Source of the DNA: Actinomycetota bacterium
GTDB taxonomy: Bacteria; Actinomycetota; Humimicrobiia; Humimicrobiales; Humimicrobiaceae
DNA: 39,649 nt
NCBI GenBank assembly: GCA_004376325.1
Contig: SOKC01000062.1
Span: 1-39,649, forward strand
Reading direction: 5' to 3'
Part shown: piece after piece, positions 1 through 7,508 of the stretch
Position numbering within the stretch: position 1 is the first letter of the stretch
Layout of the letters: each line of letters begins with the position of its first letter
Made by a program: the position numbers and the translations under genes
Notes under the pieces: generated by a model
Database searches by the model: none
Told to the model about the DNA's origin: nothing
Seen by the model: the letters and a program-made list of their open reading frames with translations, nothing else

Positions 1-32
1 AAAGCTTTTGCTCCAATTCAAATATGATGTTA

Positions 33-80
33 TCAACATCGACCAGTCCGGGGAGTCAACTTTGATGATTCAAACTCCCA
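33..80 (+). repeat. Copy 1 of an imperfect ~45-60 bp direct repeat (core CGACCAGTCCGGGGAGTCA, then ACTTTGATGATT)
   Basis: Aligned by eye with 3495-3538 and 7353-7400. The GC-rich core stands out in AT-rich DNA. It shares the downstream TTTGATGATT with copy 3. Confidence 0.75.
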
Positions 81-156
81 GCAGGTACTACAGGATCTCT
101 TATAAATAAATATATATGTAAATTAAAGGGCCAGACTAATTATATGGAAGATGTAA

Positions 157-999
157 ATGAGCAAAAATCATATAGAGCTAGCAGTTCTTGCTGTAAGAGA
201 TGGTGCAGCTAACTGTAAAATAATAAAGACAAATGAAAAAATAATATTGAGATTATCCTCATATCAACTTTTTAAAATAGCGCCAGGGGAAATTGCAACT
301 ATTGATCTGAAGAAACAATGGATATTTGGTAATAATAAATATATATCCGGCAAGCTCATCAACCACCGTATTGATATACCTGCTCTGAATTTGACCCCGC
401 TTAAGCTGGAGAAATTTGATTATTGGGATCCCCGGGAAGCATTCGAAGAAGAACGGGATGAATATGATGAAATCATTGAAGAGACAGATGAATATTATAA
501 AGCTATTATTGAAGCAGGCAAAAGACCCTGTTATGAGATGGAGCAAGTTGTCCCAGGTGATACAGACCTGGATGCAGACGGACCGATACTTGATGCAATA
601 TACTATAAAGATATTGGTGAAGTAGGTGCAGGTCAAGATATATTAATGGATGAGATCATCATGGATTTAAGATGTCTTGATGCGCACGCACATCTGGGTA
701 ACTTCGTATTTGATAGCTGGCCCGAAAAAGCAATTCTTCATTACAATGTAGGTATGAAAATAGGAGAATTGTCCCTACCTGAAGACTTTAATGAAGTACT
801 CCTCTGGGCACATCTTGATAATAGGCCCTTTTTTAGATGTCTGCATGGATATGGGCTGTGCCTCTGGAGACTTGGACGTTTCAAAGAGGCTGAAAAAGTA
901 TTTGAGCGAATGCTCTGGTTAAATCCACCGGATAATCAGGGTGCCCGTTTTAATATTTATCTGGTAAAAGATAAAAAACCCTGGAGGGAAGACTATTAG
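157..999 (+). CDS. Hypothetical protein with an acidic central region and a C-terminal TPR-like helical repeat (GRFKEAEKVFERMLWLNPPDNQGARF)
   Basis: 280-aa ORF and first gene of a tightly spaced same-strand cassette. The C-terminal motif looks TPR-like. I recognise no catalytic motif. Confidence 0.6.
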   Translation: MSKNHIELAVLAVRDGAANCKIIKTNEKIILRLSSYQLFKIAPGEIATIDLKKQWIFGNNKYISGKLINHRIDIPALNLTPLKLEKFDYWDPREAFEEERDEYDEIIEETDEYYKAIIEAGKRPCYEMEQVVPGDTDLDADGPILDAIYYKDIGEVGAGQDILMDEIIMDLRCLDAHAHLGNFVFDSWPEKAILHYNVGMKIGELSLPEDFNEVLLWAHLDNRPFFRCLHGYGLCLWRLGRFKEAEKVFERMLWLNPPDNQGARFNIYLVKDKKPWREDY

Positions 1000-1004
1000 A
1001 TAAT

Positions 1005-1241
1005 ATGAAAATATCAAAGAGAAAAAATAAATTTTACAATACCGAAAGGTTTGGGCAGCCTGAAATAAGAGTATATCATAAAAAGGGTTATGGAAAGAAA
1101 TCGCCCCGGTATCTTTTAAAGTGCGGTTGCTGCAATGAAAAGCTTGAAATTTATTATGACAAAGAAGGGCTTGAGATCAATGGGGTAAATGGTTCAATAG
1201 AGGACTGGCGGGAGATCTTATTGCCCTTATTAACAAATTAA
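1005..1241 (+). CDS. Small hypothetical protein with a Cys cluster (KCGCCNEKLEIYYD)
   Basis: 78-aa ORF starting 5 nt after the previous stop. It has a basic N-terminus and a CxCC motif. Confidence 0.5.
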   Translation: MKISKRKNKFYNTERFGQPEIRVYHKKGYGKKSPRYLLKCGCCNEKLEIYYDKEGLEINGVNGSIEDWREILLPLLTN

Positions 1242-1258
1242 TTTGATTATAAGTTATC

Positions 1259-1519
1259 ATGACCGGTAAAAACAAAAATAAAAGATATACCGAATGGAAA
1301 GAAGCTAAAAAAAGATGCCGCTTAAATGCAGAAACTGTGCAAATGGCTAAAAAGCTTGGCTTAAACCCAAAAAGTCTTATAAAAAACATTCCAAACAAGA
1401 GTCAGGGCTGGAAGAAACCTGTATATTTATGGATACGGGAAATGTATGAAGAACGCTATGGTGATAGTATAAAAACATCTGAAAAAACCGATAAGAAAAA
1501 TATAGAGAATAACTTTTAA
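1259..1519 (+). CDS. Small, strongly basic hypothetical protein
   Basis: 86-aa ORF, 17 nt after the previous gene. It is Lys/Arg-rich (KNKNKRYTEWKEAKKRCRL) and could bind nucleic acid. Confidence 0.45.
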   Translation: MTGKNKNKRYTEWKEAKKRCRLNAETVQMAKKLGLNPKSLIKNIPNKSQGWKKPVYLWIREMYEERYGDSIKTSEKTDKKNIENNF

Positions 1520-1548
1520 AGCATCTTGTATATATTTTTATAAGTGTA

Positions 1549-1998
1549 GTGGTAAAAGAAAATAAAAATCAAATTTTAAGAGAAGCTGCTGGTGATTTTA
1601 CTAAAAAAGCAAGCATGCTCTCAAGTGTTCTTGAAATAGCTATTGCAGGATCTGTGGCCGGTGGAGACCTCTATCCCAATGACCTTGATATAAGCCTTAT
1701 TGTAAATAATATTGAGGAGTTAGCTCAAATATCTAAATATGCCAGACAGATGAGTAAGTACTATCACGGCTGGGAAGTCTTTCTTTTTGATAAAAATCTA
1801 TCGCATTTGGGAAGAGTGTGTCATCGTAAAGAGTGCCCATCCCGATCGGTTGATTGTTGTGTGCCAGGATGCGGGGATCCGCCTTACCTTAGGATACATT
1901 CTGGATTTAAATATGATGAGAAGATTTTTTTATCCTCACCATTTGATATTCTATATACATCATTTAAAGAAGACCGTATGGCTTGCCCGCAAAGATGA
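1549..1998 (+). CDS. Minimal Pol-beta-superfamily nucleotidyltransferase followed by a Cys-rich segment; the reading frame probably breaks near 1975-1990
   Basis: GS-x9-DLD signature (AGSVAGGDLYPNDLDISL). Cys cluster CHRKECPSRSVDCCVPGCG. GTG start. The ORF ends where the overlapping frame continues into a zinc ribbon. Confidence 0.6.
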   Translation: MVKENKNQILREAAGDFTKKASMLSSVLEIAIAGSVAGGDLYPNDLDISLIVNNIEELAQISKYARQMSKYYHGWEVFLFDKNLSHLGRVCHRKECPSRSVDCCVPGCGDPPYLRIHSGFKYDEKIFLSSPFDILYTSFKEDRMACPQR

Positions 1999-2179
1999 GC
2001 TGGGAATTACTGGGTCCAGAAAATACCCTGTATTTGAAGATGTAAAGATCAAGTGCGTAATCTGCGGCAGGATTTTTATTTTTGCTACCGGTGAACAAAA
2101 ATGGTATAAGGGCAGAGGTTACAGTAGTCCTAAAAGATGTCCCGGCTGCAGGGAAAACAAATATATAAATGACTTTTAA
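1787..2179 (+). CDS. Zinc-ribbon segment (CVICGRIFIFATGEQKWYKGRGYSSPKRCPGC), probably the frameshifted C-terminus of the 1549-1998 ORF
   Basis: Only the last ~60 codons look genuine (CxxC-x22-CxxC ribbon). There is no ATG, GTG or TTG in this frame after 1918. The ORF overlaps the previous one by about 210 nt. Confidence 0.4.
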   Translation: MIKIYRIWEECVIVKSAHPDRLIVVCQDAGIRLTLGYILDLNMMRRFFYPHHLIFYIHHLKKTVWLARKDELGITGSRKYPVFEDVKIKCVICGRIFIFATGEQKWYKGRGYSSPKRCPGCRENKYINDF

Positions 2180-2255
2180 GATATTTACGATTTTTATAAA
2201 ATGTTAAAAACTGTCCTTGCGGTAATTAAAAGAAATAAAGAAAGGTCTTTGGAAA

Positions 2256-3449
2256 ATGAGTAATAATATTCCTAAGTTTTTGAAAGATATAGATATGAAT
2301 AAGATGTTAAAACAGGTCTGGGAGTCGTTTGCAATACAGGGTGAGATCACCAGCAGCCTTCCGGATATATTAAAAAGGCTTATCCAGGTAGATCTTCATT
2401 CTCTTGCAAGGGACCATGGTATCGATCAACCCGATAAAAAAAGCGATAAAGAGATTATTGCCAGACTTCTTGAGCTGATGGCAGATAGTAAGAAGATAGA
2501 AGAAATACTTATGATCGCCAGGCCTGATGAGTTTGACCTCTTTATAGAACTTCTGGATGTGGATTTTAAGGATATCGATGAGATGCCGTATGAAAGCTAT
2601 GCATATCTTATGGAGTACGGGATGGTATTTTCTTTTTATTACAGGGAAAGACGCTATCTTTTGATTTCTGAAGAAATAAAAAGTATTTACCGCAAAATAA
2701 ACACACCTCTATTTAATGCACACCTGGAAAAATATCTTCTGATATATAAATACATAAAAGCATTATGCAATTTCTATGGTGCATTTGACCAGGAGCAGTT
2801 TATTGATATTTATAATTCTATAAATCAGGACCATCTAAATATTGCCGGATTTAAAGCCATCTCTGATAAGCTCGTTTCCAGACCCCAGAGCTTTTTCAAT
2901 CACGGCCAGCACATTGTAGAGGAATATTTTTTGCATGCCAGCTATGATGAGGTGGACTCATTTATAGAGAAGATAGAAGATAAGCCCTATTATATTCCCG
3001 GCAAGGAAGAACTTCTCAAAAAAGCAGATGATTTCTATTTTGAGATGACTCCCCAGCTTAAAGTTTTAAGGGATTACATTATTGGCAATATATGCAGGGA
3101 TGAAAAGATCATCGGATCTCTAATAAAGGACATTGAACTTCTCTGTTTTTTTGAGCAGCCCTTTCATGAGGTTATTTATGAGTTTAAGAGAAATGACATA
3201 CTATTTGAGAGCACCAGGCAGCTAAACACTCTTATGCCGCTTATAGTAGATGTTTATAATAATACAAGAACCTGGAACAATAGGGGCTATACGGCAAATG
3301 AGATGAACGAACTTTTTGGAGAGGATACCCCACTTATAAAAGATATGCCCATTGAACAGCTAGATGACGCGATCTTTAAAAAGGTAGGGAGAAATGACCC
3401 CTGTCCCTGCGGCAGCGGAAAGAAATATAAGAAATGTTGTAGTAGATAG
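2256..3449 (+). CDS. SEC-C motif domain protein (YecA-like C-terminal metal-binding tail) with an uncharacterised N-terminal region
   Basis: The C-terminus [20 protein letters not shown] is a canonical SEC-C Zn-binding motif. Confidence 0.75.
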   Translation: MSNNIPKFLKDIDMNKMLKQVWESFAIQGEITSSLPDILKRLIQVDLHSLARDHGIDQPDKKSDKEIIARLLELMADSKKIEEILMIARPDEFDLFIELLDVDFKDIDEMPYESYAYLMEYGMVFSFYYRERRYLLISEEIKSIYRKINTPLFNAHLEKYLLIYKYIKALCNFYGAFDQEQFIDIYNSINQDHLNIAGFKAISDKLVSRPQSFFNHGQHIVEEYFLHASYDEVDSFIEKIEDKPYYIPGKEELLKKADDFYFEMTPQLKVLRDYIIGNICRDEKIIGSLIKDIELLCFFEQPFHEVIYEFKRNDILFESTRQLNTLMPLIVDVYNNTRTWNNRGYTANEMNELFGEDTPLIKDMPIEQLDDAIFKKVGRNDPCPCGSGKKYKKCCSR

Positions 3450-3494
3450 AAATTATAAATTTTATGTATTCGAAAAATCTCTATTTAATTGTCA

Positions 3495-3538
3495 TCAACA
3501 TCGTCCAGTCCGGGGAGCCACTTTTCACTTCTCAAACT
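3495..3538 (+). repeat. Copy 2 of the GC-rich direct repeat (TCAACATCGTCCAGTCCGGGGAGCCA...)
   Basis: The core CGTCCAGTCCGGGGAGCCA is identical to copy 3. The upstream TCAACATCG is identical to copy 1. Confidence 0.75.
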
Positions 3539-3941
3539 ATTTTCTGGGATAAATAAATTTTTTTTAAGATTAACCATAACTGAATTTTTACCAGCTGCCG
3601 GGCGGAGGAAAACGCTGGCAGAAAATGGTTATATCAGTTAATCACACCAACTAAATTTCGGTTTCAAGTTCCCCCAGTGACTCGACCGTTATTACATCAA
3701 CGCACTCGGGTAATATCAATTTACAGTCTAATATTGCGTTGTCAAATTGAACCCGGTCTACCACATAAACCTTAACAAAGTTTTCATACACATTAATTTC
3801 TGAATTTAGAGTTTTAAAATATATACTTTATTAATATTTAAAATTTAAAAGTGCACACCCTGGAATTTTTAATTTATGGAAAAAAATTAAATAATTGGTC
3901 CCGAAATACATATCAGGCAATAGGAGAATTTGACAGGATTA

Positions 3942-4337
3942 TTAATAAATCTTAATCTCCGTCTTCAATTTATCTACTATTTTTATAATTTCGGGTGTGT
4001 AAGTTTTTTTTACACGATTAAAGATCTTTTCTGAGGTCACTTTATCATAAATATGCGCAGCATTATTTCTATCTTCCAGCATATCGAGAAATATTTTTTC
4101 ATCACTGATTAAATTAGTTCTGAAAGCCTCTATAAAACTATCCCGCGGCGTTTTTACGATTATTCCCTGGTGTTCAAGATAAATCTTTAGGGCTTTCCAT
4201 AAAAGTTCAAATGTAAATTCAAATCTCTGAATAACACCATCTTTATCCAATTCGTCTTTGGCTTGTTTTACACCTTCTTCTAATTTTTTACAGGCATCTT
4301 TCAATTTTTTTAAAGAATATTCAAGTACATCTTTCAT
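3942..4337 (-). CDS. hepT: HEPN-domain toxin (HI0074-type nucleotidyltransferase substrate-binding protein) of a HEPN/MNT module
   Basis: Rx4H HEPN motif (EDRNNAAHIYD). About 130 aa. Overlaps the upstream MNT gene by 17 nt. Confidence 0.8.
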   Translation of the reverse strand: MKDVLEYSLKKLKDACKKLEEGVKQAKDELDKDGVIQRFEFTFELLWKALKIYLEHQGIIVKTPRDSFIEAFRTNLISDEKIFLDMLEDRNNAAHIYDKVTSEKIFNRVKKTYTPEIIKIVDKLKTEIKIY

Positions 4338-4641
4338 ATAGAATTTTACCTCTTCTTAAAATTATATTCTCGAATTCTTTATCAACAGATTCCAAAAATA
4401 TTATATCCACTTTATGAAGACCTGAAACTTCTTCCAGTTTTTCCTTTAATTCTCTCATCCTTCTTACATCAATTTTTTTACCATCTACCGCGATATCAAA
4501 GTCTGAACCCGGATTGTATTTTCCTACAGCCCTGGAACCAAAAAGAAGAATTCGATTTGGTTTTATATCTTCCTTTAATAGGGAAACTATTTTATCAAGA
4601 ATCTCTTCTTCCCTTTTTTTATATACCGCTGTTGCTTTCAT
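4321..4641 (-). CDS. mntA: Minimal nucleotidyltransferase (MNT) antitoxin of a HEPN/MNT module
   Basis: LFGSRAVGKYNPGSDFDIAV contains the GS...DxD Pol-beta NTase motif. 106 aa. Translationally coupled to the HEPN gene. Confidence 0.8.
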   Translation of the reverse strand: MKATAVYKKREEEILDKIVSLLKEDIKPNRILLFGSRAVGKYNPGSDFDIAVDGKKIDVRRMRELKEKLEEVSGLHKVDIIFLESVDKEFENIILRRGKILYERCT

Positions 4642-4716
4642 GGAAAATCCCTGCTTTAAAAAAGAATTTAAAACGTATTATTCATAGCTAAAATATAGAC
4701 ATGTCAAATTATATCA

Positions 4717-4833
4717 TAAGTTGTAAATTTCATCTTCCCTGCTTGAGATTTTGCATCCAGCTTCATTTCAAAAAGCTTTCCCAGAACATCTCTAAATTTC
4801 TCTGATGGTCTGTAGCCCATATCTTTTAATGTC
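4717..4833 (-). repeat. Decayed 117-bp duplicate of the 3' end of the CCA-enzyme gene (matches 8409-8526)
   Basis: Near-identical by eye to 8409-8526. The only difference is GCA versus ACCA (one substitution and one indel). Confidence 0.9.
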
Positions 4834-5129
4834 GGTCTCTTCTCTGTTATCTTAATTTTGGATTACAATTTCAATTTTACCATCATTCATCAATAAACCA
4901 ATTGTATTATCAGTTTTTCAGGCAATTTGTAATCCTAACTTGTGATGATAATATTCTAATCCCTTTTCCAAACGATCCCTGTGGCTTTTCTTTTTTTCAA
5001 AATATCTTTCACATTAGCCGTGCCCTCACTTTCATTTTGTTATTGATTTCGTCTAACGCAGAGCTCAGCGGTTTTATGAAGCGACAAAGTCGTGAAGTAA
5101 AGTCCGCTGAAGTGAGTTGTTAGAACCAT

Positions 5130-5356
5130 TTATAACAATTCAATAAATTTTTCTACAGATAAATGTGCTTGTTTCAATATATGTGAAAGTGTTGACCTCT
5201 TGATTGGGCGGTGAGCAGGGACAACTATTTTAAGCATTTCCTCAGGGAGGCGTTTTTGCAATCTGATATGGCTACCTTTCTAGCGAACTACTATCATCCA
5301 TCTCGCTGCAGAGCGTTGATGACCTGCGGATAATTTACGCTTGGAACTTTACTCAT
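5130..5356 (-). pseudogene. hicA: HicA-family mRNA interferase toxin, inactivated by a 1-nt deletion and an in-frame TAG
   Basis: The minus strand reads MSKVPSVNYPQVINALQRDG, then a frame break (TGA at 5296-5294). In the next frame it continues IVVR*KGSHIRLQKRLPEEMLKIVVPAHRPIKRSTLSHILKQAHLSVEKFIELL. The TAG at 5282-5280 sits where a CAG (Q) of the RQKGSH motif is expected. Confidence 0.8.
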
Positions 5357-5366
5357 AGTGTAATTT

Positions 5367-5555
5367 CTACTTGTTCAGAGTTGGGGCGAAGATAGAATCA
5401 TCTTCTACAGGCTCTAAATATAGTTTGATCGCTTCACGAATATTTTTTATTGCTTCTTTCCGAGAATCGCCTTCACTTATACACCCGGGAAGAGCAGGGA
5501 CGATAGCAGTATAGCCACCTTCTTCGCTTGGCTCTAAGATAATTTTTAAGTGCAT
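5367..5555 (-). CDS. hicB: HicB-family (UPF0150-type) antitoxin
   Basis: EEGGYTAIVPALPGCISEGDSRKEAIKNIREAIKLYLE is a typical HicB N-terminal domain. It lies directly upstream of the hicA relic. Confidence 0.75.
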   Translation of the reverse strand: MHLKIILEPSEEGGYTAIVPALPGCISEGDSRKEAIKNIREAIKLYLEPVEDDSIFAPTLNK

Positions 5556-5604
5556 TTTTCTGTATCTCCTATTTGAATCATAGCATATCAGTTATTGGGC
5601 AGCA

Positions 5605-6229
5605 ATGGTCGCCTGCCAATCAATTCATCAGAAAAGTGTAATGGAATTTAGAGAATGGCTATGTTCTAATGTACTGAAGAATATACCCTATAGACACTTT
5701 GTGTTTTATGAAATTTTTTTACCTGTCCTAATAATTTCACAAGCAAAGGGGTTGGAATCGTTGAAGTCTTTAACTTCAAAAGGATGTGGCTCAATTCTGA
5801 TATCAATATTTCTTCTAAGCTTTAATAGTAAAGAAAAAATATCCATAATATCTCACCCGAAACTATCAACAACAACAGCAATATCAATAAAAATACAGGT
5901 AAATACCTGCTTTATACTTGCAGACGCCAAAAGCAAGTTATTATTAATTTAATATCTTTGAAGGTTCAAGTCCTACTCGGGGAGCCAGCATTAATCCCCA
6001 CATGCATATACTGACAGCTGACGGCTACTTTTATGCTTCTCCCATTAATATAGATACTGAATCCCTTGAAAAACTCTTCATACACAAAATATTTAAGATG
6101 CTTCTAAAAAAGGGCCTTATTTCAGAAAGGATAATAGAATCAATACTCTCGTTGGTGTTTGATAGTCTGGTGATCTTGAAGACATCCTATAAATTTAAAT
6201 CGAACCATGTTCGAATCGCCCGGGCTTAA
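5605..6229 (+). mobile_element. Degenerate Y2/IS91-like (HUH, rolling-circle) transposase gene, broken by frameshifts and stops
   Basis: The N-terminal fragment EFREWLCSNVLKNIPYRHFVF resembles the conserved vPhRqwVFt region. The segment from 5990 reads INPHMHILTADGYF...IDTESLEKLFIHKIFKMLLKKGLISERIIESILS, which resembles HPHxH(HUH)...DTEaLeelFrhkvlkmLlkeGkI. The spacing between the two motifs, about 104 codons, is consistent with one gene. Confidence 0.55.
5963..6000 (+). repeat. Divergent copy 4 of the GC-rich repeat; it also looks like a tRNA T-arm and acceptor 3' end (GGTTCAAGTCCTACTCGGGGAGCCA)
   Basis: It shares GGGGAGCCA and the downstream ATTAATCCC with copy 3 (7353-7400). It contains a perfect GGTTCAAGTCC T-loop consensus and ends in CCA. 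Confidence 0.6.
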
Positions 6230-6284
6230 CATTTACCATATTTTATGGTATTATAATCATAAATTATGGTTAAGGAGCAAAACT

Positions 6285-6614
6285 ATGCTGGAACCTGTAC
6301 TGGGCAACGGTACCATAGAAAGAATTTTGTTTACCCTTGAATCTTATGGACAGGCATATCCTACAGGGCTATCAAAGATGTTTAATATTCCGGTGAATGG
6401 AATTCAGCAACAACTGGAACGTCTGGAGAACGGTGGAGTAGTAGTTAGTTCGATGGTTGGCAGGACCAGGCTTTATCAGTTTAATCCGAGATATCCCTTT
6501 TTGAAAGAACTGAGAGCATTGATTCAAAGAGCAATGGAATTTCTGTCTGAAAAAGAAATGCAACAGTATTACAGGAGAAGAACAAGACCGAGGAAGAAAG
6601 GTAAGCCACTATGA
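6285..6614 (+). CDS. Winged-helix DNA-binding protein (MarR/ArsR-like), putative AbiEi-like antitoxin or regulator
   Basis: AAGGAG lies 7 nt upstream of the ATG at 6285. The wHTH-like segment is YPTGLSKMFNIPVNGIQQQLERLENGGVVVSSMVGRTRLY. It overlaps the next gene by 4 nt (ATGA). Confidence 0.6.
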   Translation: MLEPVLGNGTIERILFTLESYGQAYPTGLSKMFNIPVNGIQQQLERLENGGVVVSSMVGRTRLYQFNPRYPFLKELRALIQRAMEFLSEKEMQQYYRRRTRPRKKGKPL

Positions 6615-7168
6615 ATATAGATTGGCAAAAGGCTGGGATTAAAAAACTGGTAGCAATAATTTCTGCTCATTTGCAAAAGAACGGCATTGAAGTTGTTCTG
6701 GTCGGCGGAGCCTGTGTTTCACTCTACTCAGATAATCAATATATGTCATATGATATTGACTTGATTACTGAAAGTCCTATCAGAAAAATAATTCCGGTGC
6801 TTGAGGAATTAGGATTCAAAAATACCGGAGGTCGTTTATTTGAAAATTCTCAGTGTAAATTTTTGATAGATTTTCCTGCCCCTCCTGTATCAATAGGAGA
6901 TGAACCTATCTCTAAGTTTAATAATTTAAAAACACGCTTTGGAACAATCTGTTTATTAACCCCGACAGATTGTATTAAAGACAGGCTGGCTGCTTATTTT
7001 TTCTGGAACGACCAGCAATCTTTAGACCAGGCAGTTATGGTAGCAAAAAGGAACAAAATCCATTTACCTGAAATAAAAGAATGGGCTGAAAAGCAAGGCC
7101 AAATAGAAAAGTATGAGGTTTTCAAGAAAAAATGCAGGGAAGAAGGTTTTAACACTAAAGCAAAGTAA
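6611..7168 (+). CDS. Nucleotidyltransferase-fold protein, AbiEii-like
   Basis: VLVGGACVSLYSDNQYMSYDIDLI resembles the GG...S.DiD NTase motif of AbiEii-type proteins. It is coupled to the wHTH gene. Confidence 0.5.
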   Translation: MNIDWQKAGIKKLVAIISAHLQKNGIEVVLVGGACVSLYSDNQYMSYDIDLITESPIRKIIPVLEELGFKNTGGRLFENSQCKFLIDFPAPPVSIGDEPISKFNNLKTRFGTICLLTPTDCIKDRLAAYFFWNDQQSLDQAVMVAKRNKIHLPEIKEWAEKQGQIEKYEVFKKKCREEGFNTKAK

Positions 7169-7190
7169 TGGACCAGACCGGATTTGAACC
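7169..7190 (-). other. tRNA 3'-end-like fragment (minus strand: GGTTCAAATCCGGTCTGGTCCA); not a complete tRNA
   Basis: It has a perfect T-loop consensus followed by stem and acceptor-like sequence, immediately after the NTase stop codon. There is no matching 5' acceptor strand or anticodon arm within 80 nt. Confidence 0.4.
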
Positions 7191-7352
7191 AGCAATCAAC
7201 GGATTATTTAGGTTATGGTTTAAAAATATTTCCATAGATGAAACAAACCCTCTCAGGGACTTGCCGATTGTGATCCACGATCCATTAATGATATATAAAT
7301 ATTTATATATGCTGTCAAATAAATTAAAATTCTTGTCATTTATTATTTGTTA

Positions 7353-7400
7353 CTAACACCGTCCAGTCCGGGGAGCCAATTTTGATGATTAATCCCATCA
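7353..7400 (+). repeat. Copy 3 of the GC-rich direct repeat (CTAACACCGTCCAGTCCGGGGAGCCAATTTTGATGATTAATCCCATCA)
   Basis: Aligned by eye to copies 1, 2 and 4. In one frame it reads TNTVQSGEPILMINPINTGNGTF*. Confidence 0.75.
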
Positions 7401-7508
7401 ATACAGGTAATGGTACTTTTTAAAATAAAGTAAAAATAGTTTAAGTGAAATGTTCTCAAGAAATTAGCAAAATTTTGAACACTTTTTAAATAAAAACACA
7501 TCTTCCAC

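Noticed and set aside
3651-3791. A 46-codon minus-strand ORF with a GTG start (VYENFVKVYVVDRVQFDNAILDCKLILPECVDVITVESLGELETEI).
   Set aside because: It is short, has a non-ATG start, has no recognisable motif or RBS, and lies in debris between a repeat and the HEPN/MNT pair. It may be a gene fragment.
4902-5123. A 73-aa plus-strand ORF, together with the stem CAGCGG...CCGCTG (about 5058-5110) downstream of the hicA relic.
   Set aside because: The ORF has low-complexity, hydrophobic, non-protein-like composition and no RBS. The hairpin has a long irregular loop and no U-tract or recognisable RNA motif.
5280-5282. Possible reassignment or read-through of TAG. There is an in-frame TAG inside hicA at a conserved Gln position, and an in-frame ORF continues after the TAG at 36771.
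   Set aside because: TAG is used as the normal stop of well-defined genes here, such as 157-999 and the 855-aa cca-like gene. hicA also carries an independent frameshift, so pseudogenisation explains it.
5963-5987. A complete tRNA gene at the GGTTCAAGTCC...GAGCCA site. The same question applies to 7169-7190 on the minus strand.
   Set aside because: Neither site has a matching 5' acceptor strand, D-arm or anticodon arm in the ~75 nt upstream. Only the last ~22-25 nt are tRNA-like.
6205-6232. A third tRNA-like fragment (GTTCGAATCGCCCGGGCTTA).
   Set aside because: The T-loop-like TTCGAAT lacks flanking stem complementarity, and no CCA or acceptor pattern follows. It is too weak to call.
33-7400. 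Integron attC sites as an explanation for the repeated GC-rich units that bracket small cassettes.
   Set aside because: I found no paired R''/R' cores (RYYYAAC ... GTTRRRY) and no extended imperfect inverted-repeat structure. There is no intI-like gene in the window.
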